A DNA stretch of 64,000 nt from an uncultured Acidobacteriota bacterium (GTDB lineage: Bacteria > Acidobacteriota > Thermoanaerobaculia > UBA5066 > Gp7-AA6), in NCBI GenBank assembly GCA_963832145.1, contig CAWHTA010000011.1:281451-345450 (forward strand), written 5' to 3'. Below the pieces are notes generated by a model. That model saw only the letters and a program-made list of their open reading frames with translations, searched no databases and was not told where the DNA came from. Positions 48,984 to 58,832 of the stretch are shown piece after piece; within the stretch, counting starts at the first letter, position 1; each line of letters begins with the position of its first letter. Made by a program: the position numbers and the translations under genes.

Positions 48984-50651
48984 CTATCGCACGCCCGAGA
49001 CCGTCTTCCCTCCCAGGTACGCCCGCGCTTCGGTGAGCTCGGCACGCGCGCCATCGGCCCTCGCGAGAAGCGCGACGAGCTTCTCGTAGAACCCGCGCGC
49101 CGCGGGGCCGTCGCCAGAAAGACGCGCGGCGCGCGCCGCTCCGTAGAGGCCGTTCAAGCGGTTTGGCGACGCCGCCAGTTCGGCCCGGTACTCGACAAGC
49201 GCCTCGGCGGGCCTTCCGAGCTCGAGGAGCAGATCCCCCAACTGTTCGCGCGCCGGAAGGATCGGGCCCGGCGTTACCGGGTGCTTGTCCGTCGACTGCT
49301 CGAGCGCCGCGGCGGATCGCATGAGGCCGACCGCTTCCGCATCCCTCTTCTCCGACCGCGCCAGCCAGGCGGCCGACTCGAGTCGAGTGATCTCGACGGT
49401 GTCTGCCCAGAATGCGTTTCCGGCGTTCTTCAGGGAGTCACGAAGCTTTTCGAGGCGTTCCACCTCCGTGCGCGCCGCAGCAGCGTTTCCGCTGCGCGCG
49501 AACCCGGTCGCCCGCGCGAAGACCACCGTTGCCTCGGTGTAGGGGAACTTGCCCCACGGAAAGGTCGCGGGCCGAAGCGCGATCGAAGTTGCCGCGCCCC
49601 AATCTCGCCGCTCGAGCGCGAGGCGGGCCGGAATGGCGCTCAGGGCATACGCGGCAGCGAAGTTCTCCTTGTCGAACGTCTCCGCGCGGGCCGCGTCCTC
49701 GAGCACCTTCCTCGCCTCCCCGTCCCGGCCGGCCTGCAGGTATGCGTACGCGAGGTAGTCCATCGCGTGCAGCTCGTCGAAGGACCGCGCTCCGGGCATC
49801 GAACGCTCGACGTCCTTCCGTGCGGCGGTGGCCGAGTCGATGTTCGACCGGATGGAGTCCTCCCACAGTCCGAGCCGCGTGAAGATGTGCGACGGCATGT
49901 GGAGCGCGTGGGGCGAGTCCTGCGCGATCTTCGAGTAACGCCGCGCGGCGTCGAGGCCCCGATCCGCGAGAGTCGGGAAGTCGTAGCTGTGAATGATGTA
50001 GTGCGCGACTCCCGGGTGCTGTGGCATCTCGCGAAAGATCGGCCCGAGAATCTCGCCCGCCTTCTTCGGGCGCTGATACGTCTTGTCCGGAGGCAGCGCG
50101 AGAGCGACACCGTTCAAGGTCAGTGCGTACGAGATCCTCGCCTCGCGATCATCGGGATACTTCGCGGCGAGATCGGCGATCGCCTTCTCGTAGGCAAGAA
50201 AGCGAGTGACGTGATCGACGGTCTCGGAGTCCCGGAAATAGACCGCGAGCGCCTCGATCCAGTCGCTCTCCCGCTTCGTCTTCCGGGACGCCGCGCGAGC
50301 CGCCTCGATCGCCGCCGCGCCCGCCTTTCGGTCGTCCGGTGGAGGCGCGTACCAGATCTGGTGGAAGTGGCTCATCGCGACGCCCCAGTGCGCCATCGCA
50401 CAGCCGGGGTCGGAGGCGGCGATCGCGGCGAAGGCCTTCTCCGACTTCGCATACCAGAACGAGTGGAGCATCGCGAGGGCCGAGTCGAATTTCTTCTGCG
50501 CCGCAGGGCCGCAGGAAATCGGGAAATGGACCTTCCCGAGCTTGGTCGGGTCCCCTTCCTTGTGGTCGTGCCCGGTATCGGCCGTTGCCGGGCGGGCGCC
50601 GGAAATCAGAAGCGCAAGGAGTGGAATCGCAAGGGTTCTTGTTCGGTACAT
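48984..50651 (-). CDS. Secreted TPR-like repeat protein (function unknown)
   Basis: Real start is MYRTRTLAIPLLALLISGARPATA (ATG 50651). The rest of the 1304-aa track ORF upstream is antisense shadow of ptrB. Helical-repeat composition with several conserved His (HMPSHIF). Confidence 0.7.
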   Translation of the reverse strand: MYRTRTLAIPLLALLISGARPATADTGHDHKEGDPTKLGKVHFPISCGPAAQKKFDSALAMLHSFWYAKSEKAFAAIAASDPGCAMAHWGVAMSHFHQIWYAPPPDDRKAGAAAIEAARAASRKTKRESDWIEALAVYFRDSETVDHVTRFLAYEKAIADLAAKYPDDREARISYALTLNGVALALPPDKTYQRPKKAGEILGPIFREMPQHPGVAHYIIHSYDFPTLADRGLDAARRYSKIAQDSPHALHMPSHIFTRLGLWEDSIRSNIDSATAARKDVERSMPGARSFDELHAMDYLAYAYLQAGRDGEARKVLEDAARAETFDKENFAAAYALSAIPARLALERRDWGAATSIALRPATFPWGKFPYTEATVVFARATGFARSGNAAAARTEVERLEKLRDSLKNAGNAFWADTVEITRLESAAWLARSEKRDAEAVGLMRSAAALEQSTDKHPVTPGPILPAREQLGDLLLELGRPAEALVEYRAELAASPNRLNGLYGAARAARLSGDGPAARGFYEKLVALLARADGARAELTEARAYLGGKTVSGVR

Positions 50652-50738
50652 GGGACCTCCGGGAAGGACTGCAGATTCTAAAGGAACTCGCTGGCGCGGT
50701 ATCATCGCCCCCTTTTTTGTGAAGATGCGGAGGACGAA

Positions 50739-52874
50739 ATGACACACGTGATCGCGCTCGCCGTCGGCATTTCCGCGCTCCTCGGCGCGGCGCCGCCGGC
50801 TTCGATCGAGCAACCGAAGGCGCCCGTGGCGCGGCGAGACACTAAGGTGGACGCGCTGCACGGGGCCAAGCGCGCGGACGACTACTTCTGGCTCCGCAGG
50901 AAGGAGGACCCGCTCGTCCGGGCGCACCTCGACGCGGAGAACGCGTACACGGACGCGGTCATGAAGGCGACGGAGCCCCTCCAGGCGTCGCTCTATTCGG
51001 AGATGCTCGGGCGCATCAAGGAGACCGACCTCTCGGTCCCGTACCGCAAGGGGAACGACTTCTGGTACTCGCGCACGGAGAAGGGCAAGCAGTACTCGAT
51101 CCTCTGCCGCCGCCGCGGAAGCCTCGAAGCCGCCGAGGAGATCGTGCTCGACCAGAACGTGCTCGCGAAGGGAGAGAAGTTCTTCGCGCTCGGCGACGTC
51201 GAGGTGAGCGACGACGGGAACCTGCTCGCCTACACGACCGACGTGACCGGCTTCCGCGAGTACACGCTCTTCGTCAAAGACCTCCGCACCGGAAAGCTCG
51301 GCAAGGAGCGGGTCCCGAAAGTCAGCTCGGTCGCCTGGGCGGCGAACAACCAGACGCTCTTCTACGTCACCGACGACTCCGCCAAGCGCCCCTACCGCCT
51401 GTACCGCCACCAGCTGGGCGCCGAAAACAGCGCCGACGCGATGGTCTATGAGGAGGCCGACGAGAAGTTCGCGCTGGACGTGTCGCGGTCGCGCAGTAAG
51501 GCCTACGTCTTCGTCGAATCGAGCAGCCATACGGCGACCGAGATCCGCTTCGTTGCCGCCGACGAGCCGTCGAGCGACCTGCGCGTGATCGCTCCGCGCG
51601 AAAAGGACCGTGAGTACGAGGTGGAGCACCGCCTTGGAGCGTTCTTCATCCGAATCAACGACACGGGCCGCAACTTCCGGGTCGTGATGGCGGCGGCGGG
51701 AGATCCGAGGCGCGAGAACTGGAAGGAGATCATCGCGCACCGCGAAGACGTCATGCTCGAAGCGCTCGACGTTTTCGCCGGGCACCTCGTCCTGTACGAG
51801 CGCCAGGATGGCCTGCGGCAGTTCCGCGTGCTCTCCTTCACGACGGGCGCCACGCATCGCATCGAGTTCCCCGAACCGGTGTATGCCGCGTTCTCCGCCG
51901 AGAACCGGGAGTTCGACACGAGCGTCTTCCGCTTCCGATACCAGTCGCTCACGACCCCCGAGTCGGTCTTCGACTACGACCTGGAGAAGCGCGAGCGCAA
52001 GCTGTTGAAGCAGACGGAAGTGCTCGGCGGCTACGACCCGTCGCGCTACGCTTCGGAGCGCCTCCACGCGAAAGCCGCCGACGGCACGCTGATTCCGATC
52101 TCGATCGTGTATCGAAAGGGAACGTCGCGCGACGGACGGAATCCCCTCCTTCTCACGGGGTACGGCTCCTACGGCTCTTCGAGCAACCCGACCTTCTCCT
52201 CGAACCGCGTCAGCCTCCTCGACCGCGGCGTGGTGTATGCGATCGCCCACGTGCGCGGCGGCGGCGAGATGGGAAAGAAGTGGCACGACGACGGGCGGAT
52301 GCTCGCGAAGAAGAACACGTTCACGGATTTCGTTTCCGTCGCGGAGCACCTCGTCAAGGAGAAGTGGACGTCGAACGACCGTCTCGCCATCGAAGGCGGA
52401 AGCGCGGGAGGACTGCTCGTCGGCGCCGTCGTCAACATGCGGCCCGACCTCTTCCGGGTCGCGATCTCGCGGGTCCCCTTCGTGGACGTCATCAACACGA
52501 TGCTCGACACGACGCTCCCCTTGACCGTCGGTGAGTTCGAGGAGTGGGGAGACCCGAGGGTCAAGGAACAGTACGACTACATCCTGAGCTACAGCCCGTA
52601 CGACAACATCGCGGCGAAGGCGTACCCGGCGATGCTCGTCAAGACGTCGTTCAACGACAGTCAGGTCATGTACTGGGAGCCGGCCAAGTACGTCGCCCGG
52701 CTGCGCGCGACGAAGACCGACTCGAACCCGCTCGTCTTCAAGGTCAACATGGCGGGCGGACACGGCGGCTCGTCGGGGCGTTACGACAAGCTCAAGGAAG
52801 CCGCTTTCGATTACGCCTTCCTGCTGACCCAGCTCGGGCTCGTCGGTCCGAAGTCCGAAGTTTCCGCCAAGTAA
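50739..52874 (+). CDS. ptrB: Oligopeptidase B / prolyl oligopeptidase family S9A serine protease
   Basis: 711 aa with a signal peptide. ..DDYFWLR...DP.V..HL.AEN.YT.. N-terminal motif, beta-propeller region, and catalytic GGSAGGLL. Confidence 0.9.
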   Translation: MTHVIALAVGISALLGAAPPASIEQPKAPVARRDTKVDALHGAKRADDYFWLRRKEDPLVRAHLDAENAYTDAVMKATEPLQASLYSEMLGRIKETDLSVPYRKGNDFWYSRTEKGKQYSILCRRRGSLEAAEEIVLDQNVLAKGEKFFALGDVEVSDDGNLLAYTTDVTGFREYTLFVKDLRTGKLGKERVPKVSSVAWAANNQTLFYVTDDSAKRPYRLYRHQLGAENSADAMVYEEADEKFALDVSRSRSKAYVFVESSSHTATEIRFVAADEPSSDLRVIAPREKDREYEVEHRLGAFFIRINDTGRNFRVVMAAAGDPRRENWKEIIAHREDVMLEALDVFAGHLVLYERQDGLRQFRVLSFTTGATHRIEFPEPVYAAFSAENREFDTSVFRFRYQSLTTPESVFDYDLEKRERKLLKQTEVLGGYDPSRYASERLHAKAADGTLIPISIVYRKGTSRDGRNPLLLTGYGSYGSSSNPTFSSNRVSLLDRGVVYAIAHVRGGGEMGKKWHDDGRMLAKKNTFTDFVSVAEHLVKEKWTSNDRLAIEGGSAGGLLVGAVVNMRPDLFRVAISRVPFVDVINTMLDTTLPLTVGEFEEWGDPRVKEQYDYILSYSPYDNIAAKAYPAMLVKTSFNDSQVMYWEPAKYVARLRATKTDSNPLVFKVNMAGGHGGSSGRYDKLKEAAFDYAFLLTQLGLVGPKSEVSAK

Positions 52875-52890
52875 GAGAGGGGTCTGGTCG

Positions 52891-52928
52891 CCCCTCACCC
52901 CGACCCTCTCCCCAGAGGGGAGAGGGAG
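52891..52928 (+). repeat. REP family 1 copy
   Basis: cccctcaccccgaccctctccccagaggggagagggag, just after the ptrB stop. Confidence 0.8.
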
Positions 52929-52973
52929 CGGGAGCCGGTGTTACCATCCCTCGCGAACGACCACAGTTTGACG

Positions 52974-53865
52974 ATGTTTGGACGAAGCATCGAGCTTTCC
53001 GGGCGGAGCGTTCGCCGCGCGCTGGCGTTCGCCGTCGTCCTGTGCGGCCTCGGAAGCGGACCGGGCATCCGCCCACGGCGACCTTCACGAACAGATCGCG
53101 GAAGTCACGCGACAGATCGCGCGGCGACCGGACGACGCGCGGCTCTACGTGAAACGCGGCGAGCTCCACCGCTTCCACGGTGAGAGGGACGCCGCACTCG
53201 CCGACTACGACCGCGCCGCCCGCATCGACCCGACGATGGCCGAGGTCGACCTGGGCCGCGGAAAGACGCTCCTCGAAGCCGGGCGGCCCGCGCCGGCTCG
53301 CGCGGCCCTCGAACGCTTCCTCGAGCGGCGGCCGGACCACGCGGAAGGCCGCTTGTCGCTCGCGCGCGCTCTCGTGCGCCTGCGCCGGCCTCTCGAAGCG
53401 GATGCGGAGTACGCGCAGGCGATCCGACTGGCGGGCCAACTGAAGCCAGACCTCTACTTCGAGAGAGCGACGGCGCTCGCTTCGTCCGGGCGCGTCGACG
53501 CCGCGATCCGCGTTCTCGACGAGGGGATCGAACGCCTCGGCTCTCTCGCCGCGCTCGAAGACCTCGCGGTCTCGCTCGAGCGACGCCGGGGAACGTGGGA
53601 CGGAGCGCTCGCGCGGCTCGACCGGATCAGCACCGGCAAGACGCGCCGGGAGTCGTACCTCGCCCGACGGGGCGAGATCCTCGCGGAAGCGGGAAGGCCG
53701 GAGGAAGCGCGGGCGTCGCTCGTCGCGGCAAGGGAATCGATCGAAAGTCTGCCCGCTCGTCTTCGTCGGACGAGAGCGATCGTAAGGCTGGAGCGCGAAG
53801 TGAAGGGCTCCCTCGATCGCCTCGAGGCGAAGAACCGGAAGGAGAAGTCCGATGCGAAAGGCTGA
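52974..53865 (+). CDS. TPR-repeat protein (possible 1-nt insertion near 53069 separating the signal peptide from the body)
   Basis: The body is in ORF 52978-53865, with TPR-like A/R/L-rich repeats. The adjacent frame from ATG 52974 encodes a plausible signal peptide MFGRS..RRALAFAVVLCGLGSGPGI, which joins AHGDLHEQ if one c is removed. Confidence 0.65.
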
Positions 53866-56140
53866 GAGACTGCTGGTGAGCGCCGCCATCCTGCTCGCGG
53901 CCCTCATCGTTCCCGCGTCCCGACACGCCTCGGCAGCGGTCACGATCCTCGTCCCGACCGGTTCGGTCTGGAAGTACCTCGACAACGGCTCGAACCAGGG
54001 GACCGCGTGGCGGGCCGCCGGGTTCGCCGACGGCGCGTGGGCGTCCGGCGCCGCGCAACTCGGCTACGGGGACGGCGATGAGGCGACGGTCGTCTCGTTC
54101 GGGCCGAATGCGAGCGCGAAGTTCATCACGACCTACTTCCGCCGCGCCTTCACGGTCGCCGACCCCTCGGCGTTCGCGGGCTTCACCGTCCGGCTGCTCC
54201 GCGACGACGGGGCGGCTGTCTACCTGAACGGCGCCGAAGTGTTCCGCAGCAACATGCCCGGAGGGACGATCACCTCGACGACGCTCGCCTCGGCGGCCCT
54301 CGGCGGCGCGGATGAGACGACCTTCGTGACGGCGAGCGTGCCCGCTTCCTCTCTGGTGGCCGGAACGAACGTCCTCGCTGTCGAGGTCCATCAGGCCAAC
54401 GGGACGAGCTCCGACGTGACCTTCGACCTCGAGCTTTCCGGCTCGACGGGGGCGACCGTCACGCGGGGGCCGTACCTCCAGACGGGAACCCCGACGAGCG
54501 CGATCGTGCGCTGGCGCACGGACGTTGGGACGGACAGCCGGGTCCGGTACGGGACGGCGCCGGAGAGCCTGACTGGCAGCGCCGACGGCGCGGCCGGTGT
54601 CACAGAGCACACGGTCACTGTGACGGGTCTTTCTCCGAACACCCTCTACTACTACTCCGTCGGCACTGCGACCGAGGCGCTCGCCGGCGGCGACGCGACT
54701 CACTTCTTCCGGACGCACCCGATCGCGGGCACATCCGTCCCGACCCGCGTCTGGGTGCTCGGAGACTCCGGCACGGCGAACGCCAGCGCGGCGGCCGTGC
54801 GCAACGCGTATGCGACGTTCACGGGAACCCGCGCGACCGACGTCTGGCTCATGCTCGGCGACAACGCCTACGAAACCGGAACGGACGCCGAATACGAGGC
54901 CGCGGTCTTCGACATGTATCCCGGGTTCCTGAGGCAGGCGTTCCTCTGGCCGACGCTCGGAAACCACGACACCGCCGGGTCGTCGAGTCCGCCTGCGAGC
55001 CTCCCCTACTACCAGATCTTCAATCTCCCGGTGAACGGCGCGGCGGGCGGGATCGCCTCCGGCACCGAGGACTACTACTCGTTCGACTACGGCAGCATCC
55101 ACTTCGTCTGCCTCGACTCGATGACCTCCGACCGGTCGCCCACCGGACCGATGGCGACGTGGCTCACGAACGACCTCGCCGCGACGACCCAGGAGTGGCT
55201 CATCGCGTACTGGCACCACCCGCCGTACAGCAAGGGATCGCACAACTCCGACACCGAAACCCAGCTCGTGGAGATGCGGCAGAACATGCTGCCAATTCTC
55301 GAGGACTACGGCGTCGACCTCGTTCTCACGGGACACAGCCACTCCTACGAGCGCTCGTTCCTCATCGACGGCCACTACGGCACCTCCGGCACGCTGCAGC
55401 CGTCCATGATCAAGAACGGAGGGAGCGGGCGACCCGCCGGCACCGGCGCGTACTCGAAGCCGACCGGGGGTCTCGCCGGGCACGAGGGGGCGGTGTACGC
55501 CGTGGCCGGCAGCTCCGGCCAGGCGAGCGGCGGCACGCTCAATCACCCCGCGATGTTCATCTCGCTGAACAACCTCGGGTCGATGGTGCTCGACGTCGAC
55601 GGGGACCGGCTCGACGCAAAGTTCCTGAGGGAGACGGGCGCGATCGCCGACAGCTTCACGATCGTCAAGGGAAGCGCGCCAACGCCCACCCCGACCCCGG
55701 TCGGACCGACGGCGACCCCGACGCGCACCCCGACTCCCGCGCCGCCGACGGCGACCCCGACATTCGCCCCGCCGACGGCGACACCGACCCGGACTTCGAC
55801 GCCGGTTCCGCCGACGGCGACCCCCACGCGGACGCCGACGCCCATTCCTCCGGCGCTTCCGCCGGCGCCGTCGCTCCTGACCGCGACCGCGGTCTCGCGG
55901 AGCCGGATCGATCTCGCGTGGCAGGACAACTCGGCCAACGAAACGGGATTCCAGATCGAGCGCTCCCGCTCGGGCGGCGCCTTCTCGCTCATCGCGACCG
56001 CCGCGGCCGGCGCGACCAGCTACTCGGACACGAGCGGCCTCACGCCGAACAAGACCTACTCGTACCGCGTCCGCGCGATCAACGCGGCGGGAGCGTCGGG
56101 TTACTCGAACACCGCGAGCGCCACGACCCCGAAGAAGTAG
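53852..56140 (+). CDS. Secreted calcineurin-like metallophosphoesterase (purple-acid-phosphatase-like) with N-terminal beta-sandwich, PT-rich linker and C-terminal FN3 domain
   Basis: 762 aa with a signal peptide. Motifs GDSG, GDNAY, GNHD, GHSHSYER. Linker PTPTPTPVGPTATPTRTPTP..PPTATPT repeats (about 55680-55860). FN3-like ..LTATAVSRSRIDLAWQDNS.NETGFQIER. Confidence 0.85.
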   Translation: MRKAERLLVSAAILLAALIVPASRHASAAVTILVPTGSVWKYLDNGSNQGTAWRAAGFADGAWASGAAQLGYGDGDEATVVSFGPNASAKFITTYFRRAFTVADPSAFAGFTVRLLRDDGAAVYLNGAEVFRSNMPGGTITSTTLASAALGGADETTFVTASVPASSLVAGTNVLAVEVHQANGTSSDVTFDLELSGSTGATVTRGPYLQTGTPTSAIVRWRTDVGTDSRVRYGTAPESLTGSADGAAGVTEHTVTVTGLSPNTLYYYSVGTATEALAGGDATHFFRTHPIAGTSVPTRVWVLGDSGTANASAAAVRNAYATFTGTRATDVWLMLGDNAYETGTDAEYEAAVFDMYPGFLRQAFLWPTLGNHDTAGSSSPPASLPYYQIFNLPVNGAAGGIASGTEDYYSFDYGSIHFVCLDSMTSDRSPTGPMATWLTNDLAATTQEWLIAYWHHPPYSKGSHNSDTETQLVEMRQNMLPILEDYGVDLVLTGHSHSYERSFLIDGHYGTSGTLQPSMIKNGGSGRPAGTGAYSKPTGGLAGHEGAVYAVAGSSGQASGGTLNHPAMFISLNNLGSMVLDVDGDRLDAKFLRETGAIADSFTIVKGSAPTPTPTPVGPTATPTRTPTPAPPTATPTFAPPTATPTRTSTPVPPTATPTRTPTPIPPALPPAPSLLTATAVSRSRIDLAWQDNSANETGFQIERSRSGGAFSLIATAAAGATSYSDTSGLTPNKTYSYRVRAINAAGASGYSNTASATTPKK

Positions 56141-56174
56141 GGCGGCCGTCCGCCGGTAGAATCCGGCGGAAAGC

Positions 56175-58832
56175 ATGGCCTTACAGCCGGGTTCGCGCCT
56201 CGGCCCTTACGAGATCCTCGCGCCGATCGGCGCGGGTGGGATGGGAGAGGTCTACCGTGCGAGGGACCCGCGCCTCGGCCGCGAGGTCGCCATCAAGGTC
56301 CTCCCGGCCTCCTTCTCCAACGACGCCGATCGCCTCCGCCGCTTCGAGCAGGAGGCCCGTGCAGCAGGGGTCCTGAACCACCCCAACATCACCGCCGTCC
56401 ACGACATCGGTACCGTCGACGGCGCCCCGTACATCGTTACGGAGCTGCTCGATGGAGAGACCCTGCGGAGCCGGATGGCGGGCGGGGCTCTCGCGCCGCG
56501 CCGCGCGATCGATTACGCGATCCAGATCGCGCACGGGCTCGCTGCGGCACACGGGAAGGGAATCGTGCACCGGGACCTGAAGCCCGAGAACCTCTTCGTG
56601 ACGAAAGACGGCCGCGTCAAGATCCTCGACTTCGGGCTCGCCAAGCTCACGCAGCACGACAACTTCCGGTCGCAGACCGACCTCCCGACGGCGGCCGTGA
56701 GCACCGAGCCGGGCATCGTGATGGGGACTCTCGGCTACATGTCTCCCGAGCAGGTCCGCGGTCGGGCGTCCGACGCGCGCTCGGACATCTTCTCGTTTGG
56801 TGCCGTTCTGTACGAGATGCTCGCGGGGCGCAAGGCGTTCCACGGCGACTCGGCGGCCGACACGATGTCGGCCATCCTGCGGGAGGACCCTCCGGAGCTT
56901 TCCTCGACGAACCGCCTGATCGCACCGGCGCTCGACCGCATCGTGCGCCACTGTCTCGAAAAAGACCCGGAGGCCCGCTTCCACTCCGCGCACGATCTCG
57001 CTTTCGACCTCGGCGCTCTTTCCGGGAACCAGTCGGTCGACACTCAAGTCTCGCGCGCGGTGAGCAGCCGGTTGCGGCCCACGACGGTCGCTCTCGTCGC
57101 GCTGTCGGCGATCTCCCTCGCTCTGGCGGCCGCTCTTTTTCTCCTTCCGAAGCGTCGCGCCGCGCCGGAAACAGCGGAGCCTGTCGGTCGGTTCACCCTG
57201 CCCGTTCCTTCCGGCACCACGTACGCCCCCAACGAGGTCTCGCCGGGACTGGCTCTCTCGCCCGACGGCACGCGAATCGTGGTGGAGTCGCTCGAAGGGG
57301 GTCGCTCGCGTCTCTTTCTCCGCGACCTGGCGTCCGAGAAGTCGATACCGCTCGAAGGGACCTGGGGCGCGAATACTCCGTTCTGGTCGCCGGACAGTCG
57401 TTTCATAGCGTTCTTCGCCGACCAGAAGTTGAAGAAGATCCCGGCGGCCGGCGGCCCCGCGGAGGAGCTCTGCGACGTTCGCTTCGGCTGGATGGGAACA
57501 TGGAGCTCGCAGGGAACGATTCTGTTCAGCGAGCTTCCGCCAGGCGAACCCGGGATTCATCGGGTGTCGGACAAGGGTGGTGAAAAGACCCGGGTCGCAA
57601 CATCCAATTCGACTCTGGGCATGTGGCCCCAGTTCCTTCCGGACGGACGGCGGTTCCTGTATCTCGGGATTCGCCTCCAGAACGGAAACCTCGTCGGGCG
57701 CGACCTCCGGGTGGGTTCTCTCGACTCCCGAGATGAATTCCTCGTGGGGCCCTTCGATTCGCGTTTCGAGTACGCGCGCTCCGGTCACCTCGTTTACGTC
57801 CGGGGAGGAAACCTGTTCGGGCAGCCCTTCGACGAAAAGGCGGCGGCGTTCTCGGGTGAGCCCGTGCTCCTCGCCGAGAACGTTCATTACTTCATCGGGC
57901 CGGCGAACGCGTCCTTCTCCGTGTCTCAGGCGGGGGTCGTGGCCTATCGGGCCGCTCCACTCCCGCTGCGTGTCGTCTGGCTCGACCGGAAGGGCGCAAC
58001 TGTCGGAGCGCTCGGCCAGCCCGCCGTCGTGGAGGGCCTTCGGATCTCCCCGGACGGGAAGAGGGTCGCTGTCGATATCACCGATCTCCGGATCGGGACG
58101 TCCGACCTCTGGGTTTCCGAGCTGTCGGGCGGAGTGTCGACGAGGCTCAACAGCTCCGAGCTCGACGAGGTTTATCCGGTGTGGTCGGCGGACGGCACGA
58201 AGCTCCTGTTTCGCTCGGACGAGAAGGGTCCGCCGGACGTGCACGAGATCACGGTCGGCCAGCCCGATAGCGAACGGGCGGTCCTCGAGAACCCGGGCGT
58301 CCAGCAGGCCGAGGACGTCTCGCTCGACGGCCGGTTACTGGTGTTCTTGAACGACATGTCCCCGCGCGCCGACATCTGGCTGCTGCCGCTGATCGGGGAA
58401 AGCAAGCCCGTTCCGTGGATTCGTTCGGCGTTCTTCGAGGCGAATCCACGCTTCTCGCCGGATGGACGGTGGATCGCCTACGACTCGGACGAGTCGGGAG
58501 ACACCGAGATCTACGTGGCCCGGACCGAAGGCGGCGGAGAAAAGAAGCGCCTTTCGCCGTCCGGTGGACGAAAACCGCGCTGGCGCCGGGACGGGAGAGA
58601 GCTCTACTACATTGCGTCGGACGGCGCGGTCATGGCCGTTCCGATCGCGCTCGGACCGACCCTCGAGAGCGGCGCTCCCGAGCCCCTCTTCCGAGTCGAG
58701 ACGGGCGTCGAAAACTACGACGTGCTTCCCGACGGCTCCCGCTTTCTCGTGAGCACGCGTCTCGAGCAGGTGCCGGAGTCGCCGCTTCGGGTCCTCATGA
58801 ACTGGGACGCCGTGTTGAAGAAAGCTCAATGA
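56175..58832 (+). CDS. Ser/Thr protein kinase with TM segment and TolB-like beta-propeller (PD40 repeats), array member 1
   Basis: 885 aa. [35 protein letters not shown] helix, then repeated SPDG..(I/V)(A/V)(F/Y) blades. Confidence 0.9.
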   Translation: MALQPGSRLGPYEILAPIGAGGMGEVYRARDPRLGREVAIKVLPASFSNDADRLRRFEQEARAAGVLNHPNITAVHDIGTVDGAPYIVTELLDGETLRSRMAGGALAPRRAIDYAIQIAHGLAAAHGKGIVHRDLKPENLFVTKDGRVKILDFGLAKLTQHDNFRSQTDLPTAAVSTEPGIVMGTLGYMSPEQVRGRASDARSDIFSFGAVLYEMLAGRKAFHGDSAADTMSAILREDPPELSSTNRLIAPALDRIVRHCLEKDPEARFHSAHDLAFDLGALSGNQSVDTQVSRAVSSRLRPTTVALVALSAISLALAAALFLLPKRRAAPETAEPVGRFTLPVPSGTTYAPNEVSPGLALSPDGTRIVVESLEGGRSRLFLRDLASEKSIPLEGTWGANTPFWSPDSRFIAFFADQKLKKIPAAGGPAEELCDVRFGWMGTWSSQGTILFSELPPGEPGIHRVSDKGGEKTRVATSNSTLGMWPQFLPDGRRFLYLGIRLQNGNLVGRDLRVGSLDSRDEFLVGPFDSRFEYARSGHLVYVRGGNLFGQPFDEKAAAFSGEPVLLAENVHYFIGPANASFSVSQAGVVAYRAAPLPLRVVWLDRKGATVGALGQPAVVEGLRISPDGKRVAVDITDLRIGTSDLWVSELSGGVSTRLNSSELDEVYPVWSADGTKLLFRSDEKGPPDVHEITVGQPDSERAVLENPGVQQAEDVSLDGRLLVFLNDMSPRADIWLLPLIGESKPVPWIRSAFFEANPRFSPDGRWIAYDSDESGDTEIYVARTEGGGEKKRLSPSGGRKPRWRRDGRELYYIASDGAVMAVPIALGPTLESGAPEPLFRVETGVENYDVLPDGSRFLVSTRLEQVPESPLRVLMNWDAVLKKAQ

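Noticed and set aside
50652-52898. Upstream 749 codons of the 1304-aa track ORF 48984-52898(-)
   Set aside because: It is antisense to the well-supported S9 peptidase gene. The real minus-strand gene starts at the signal peptide MYRTRTLAIPLL (ATG 50651).
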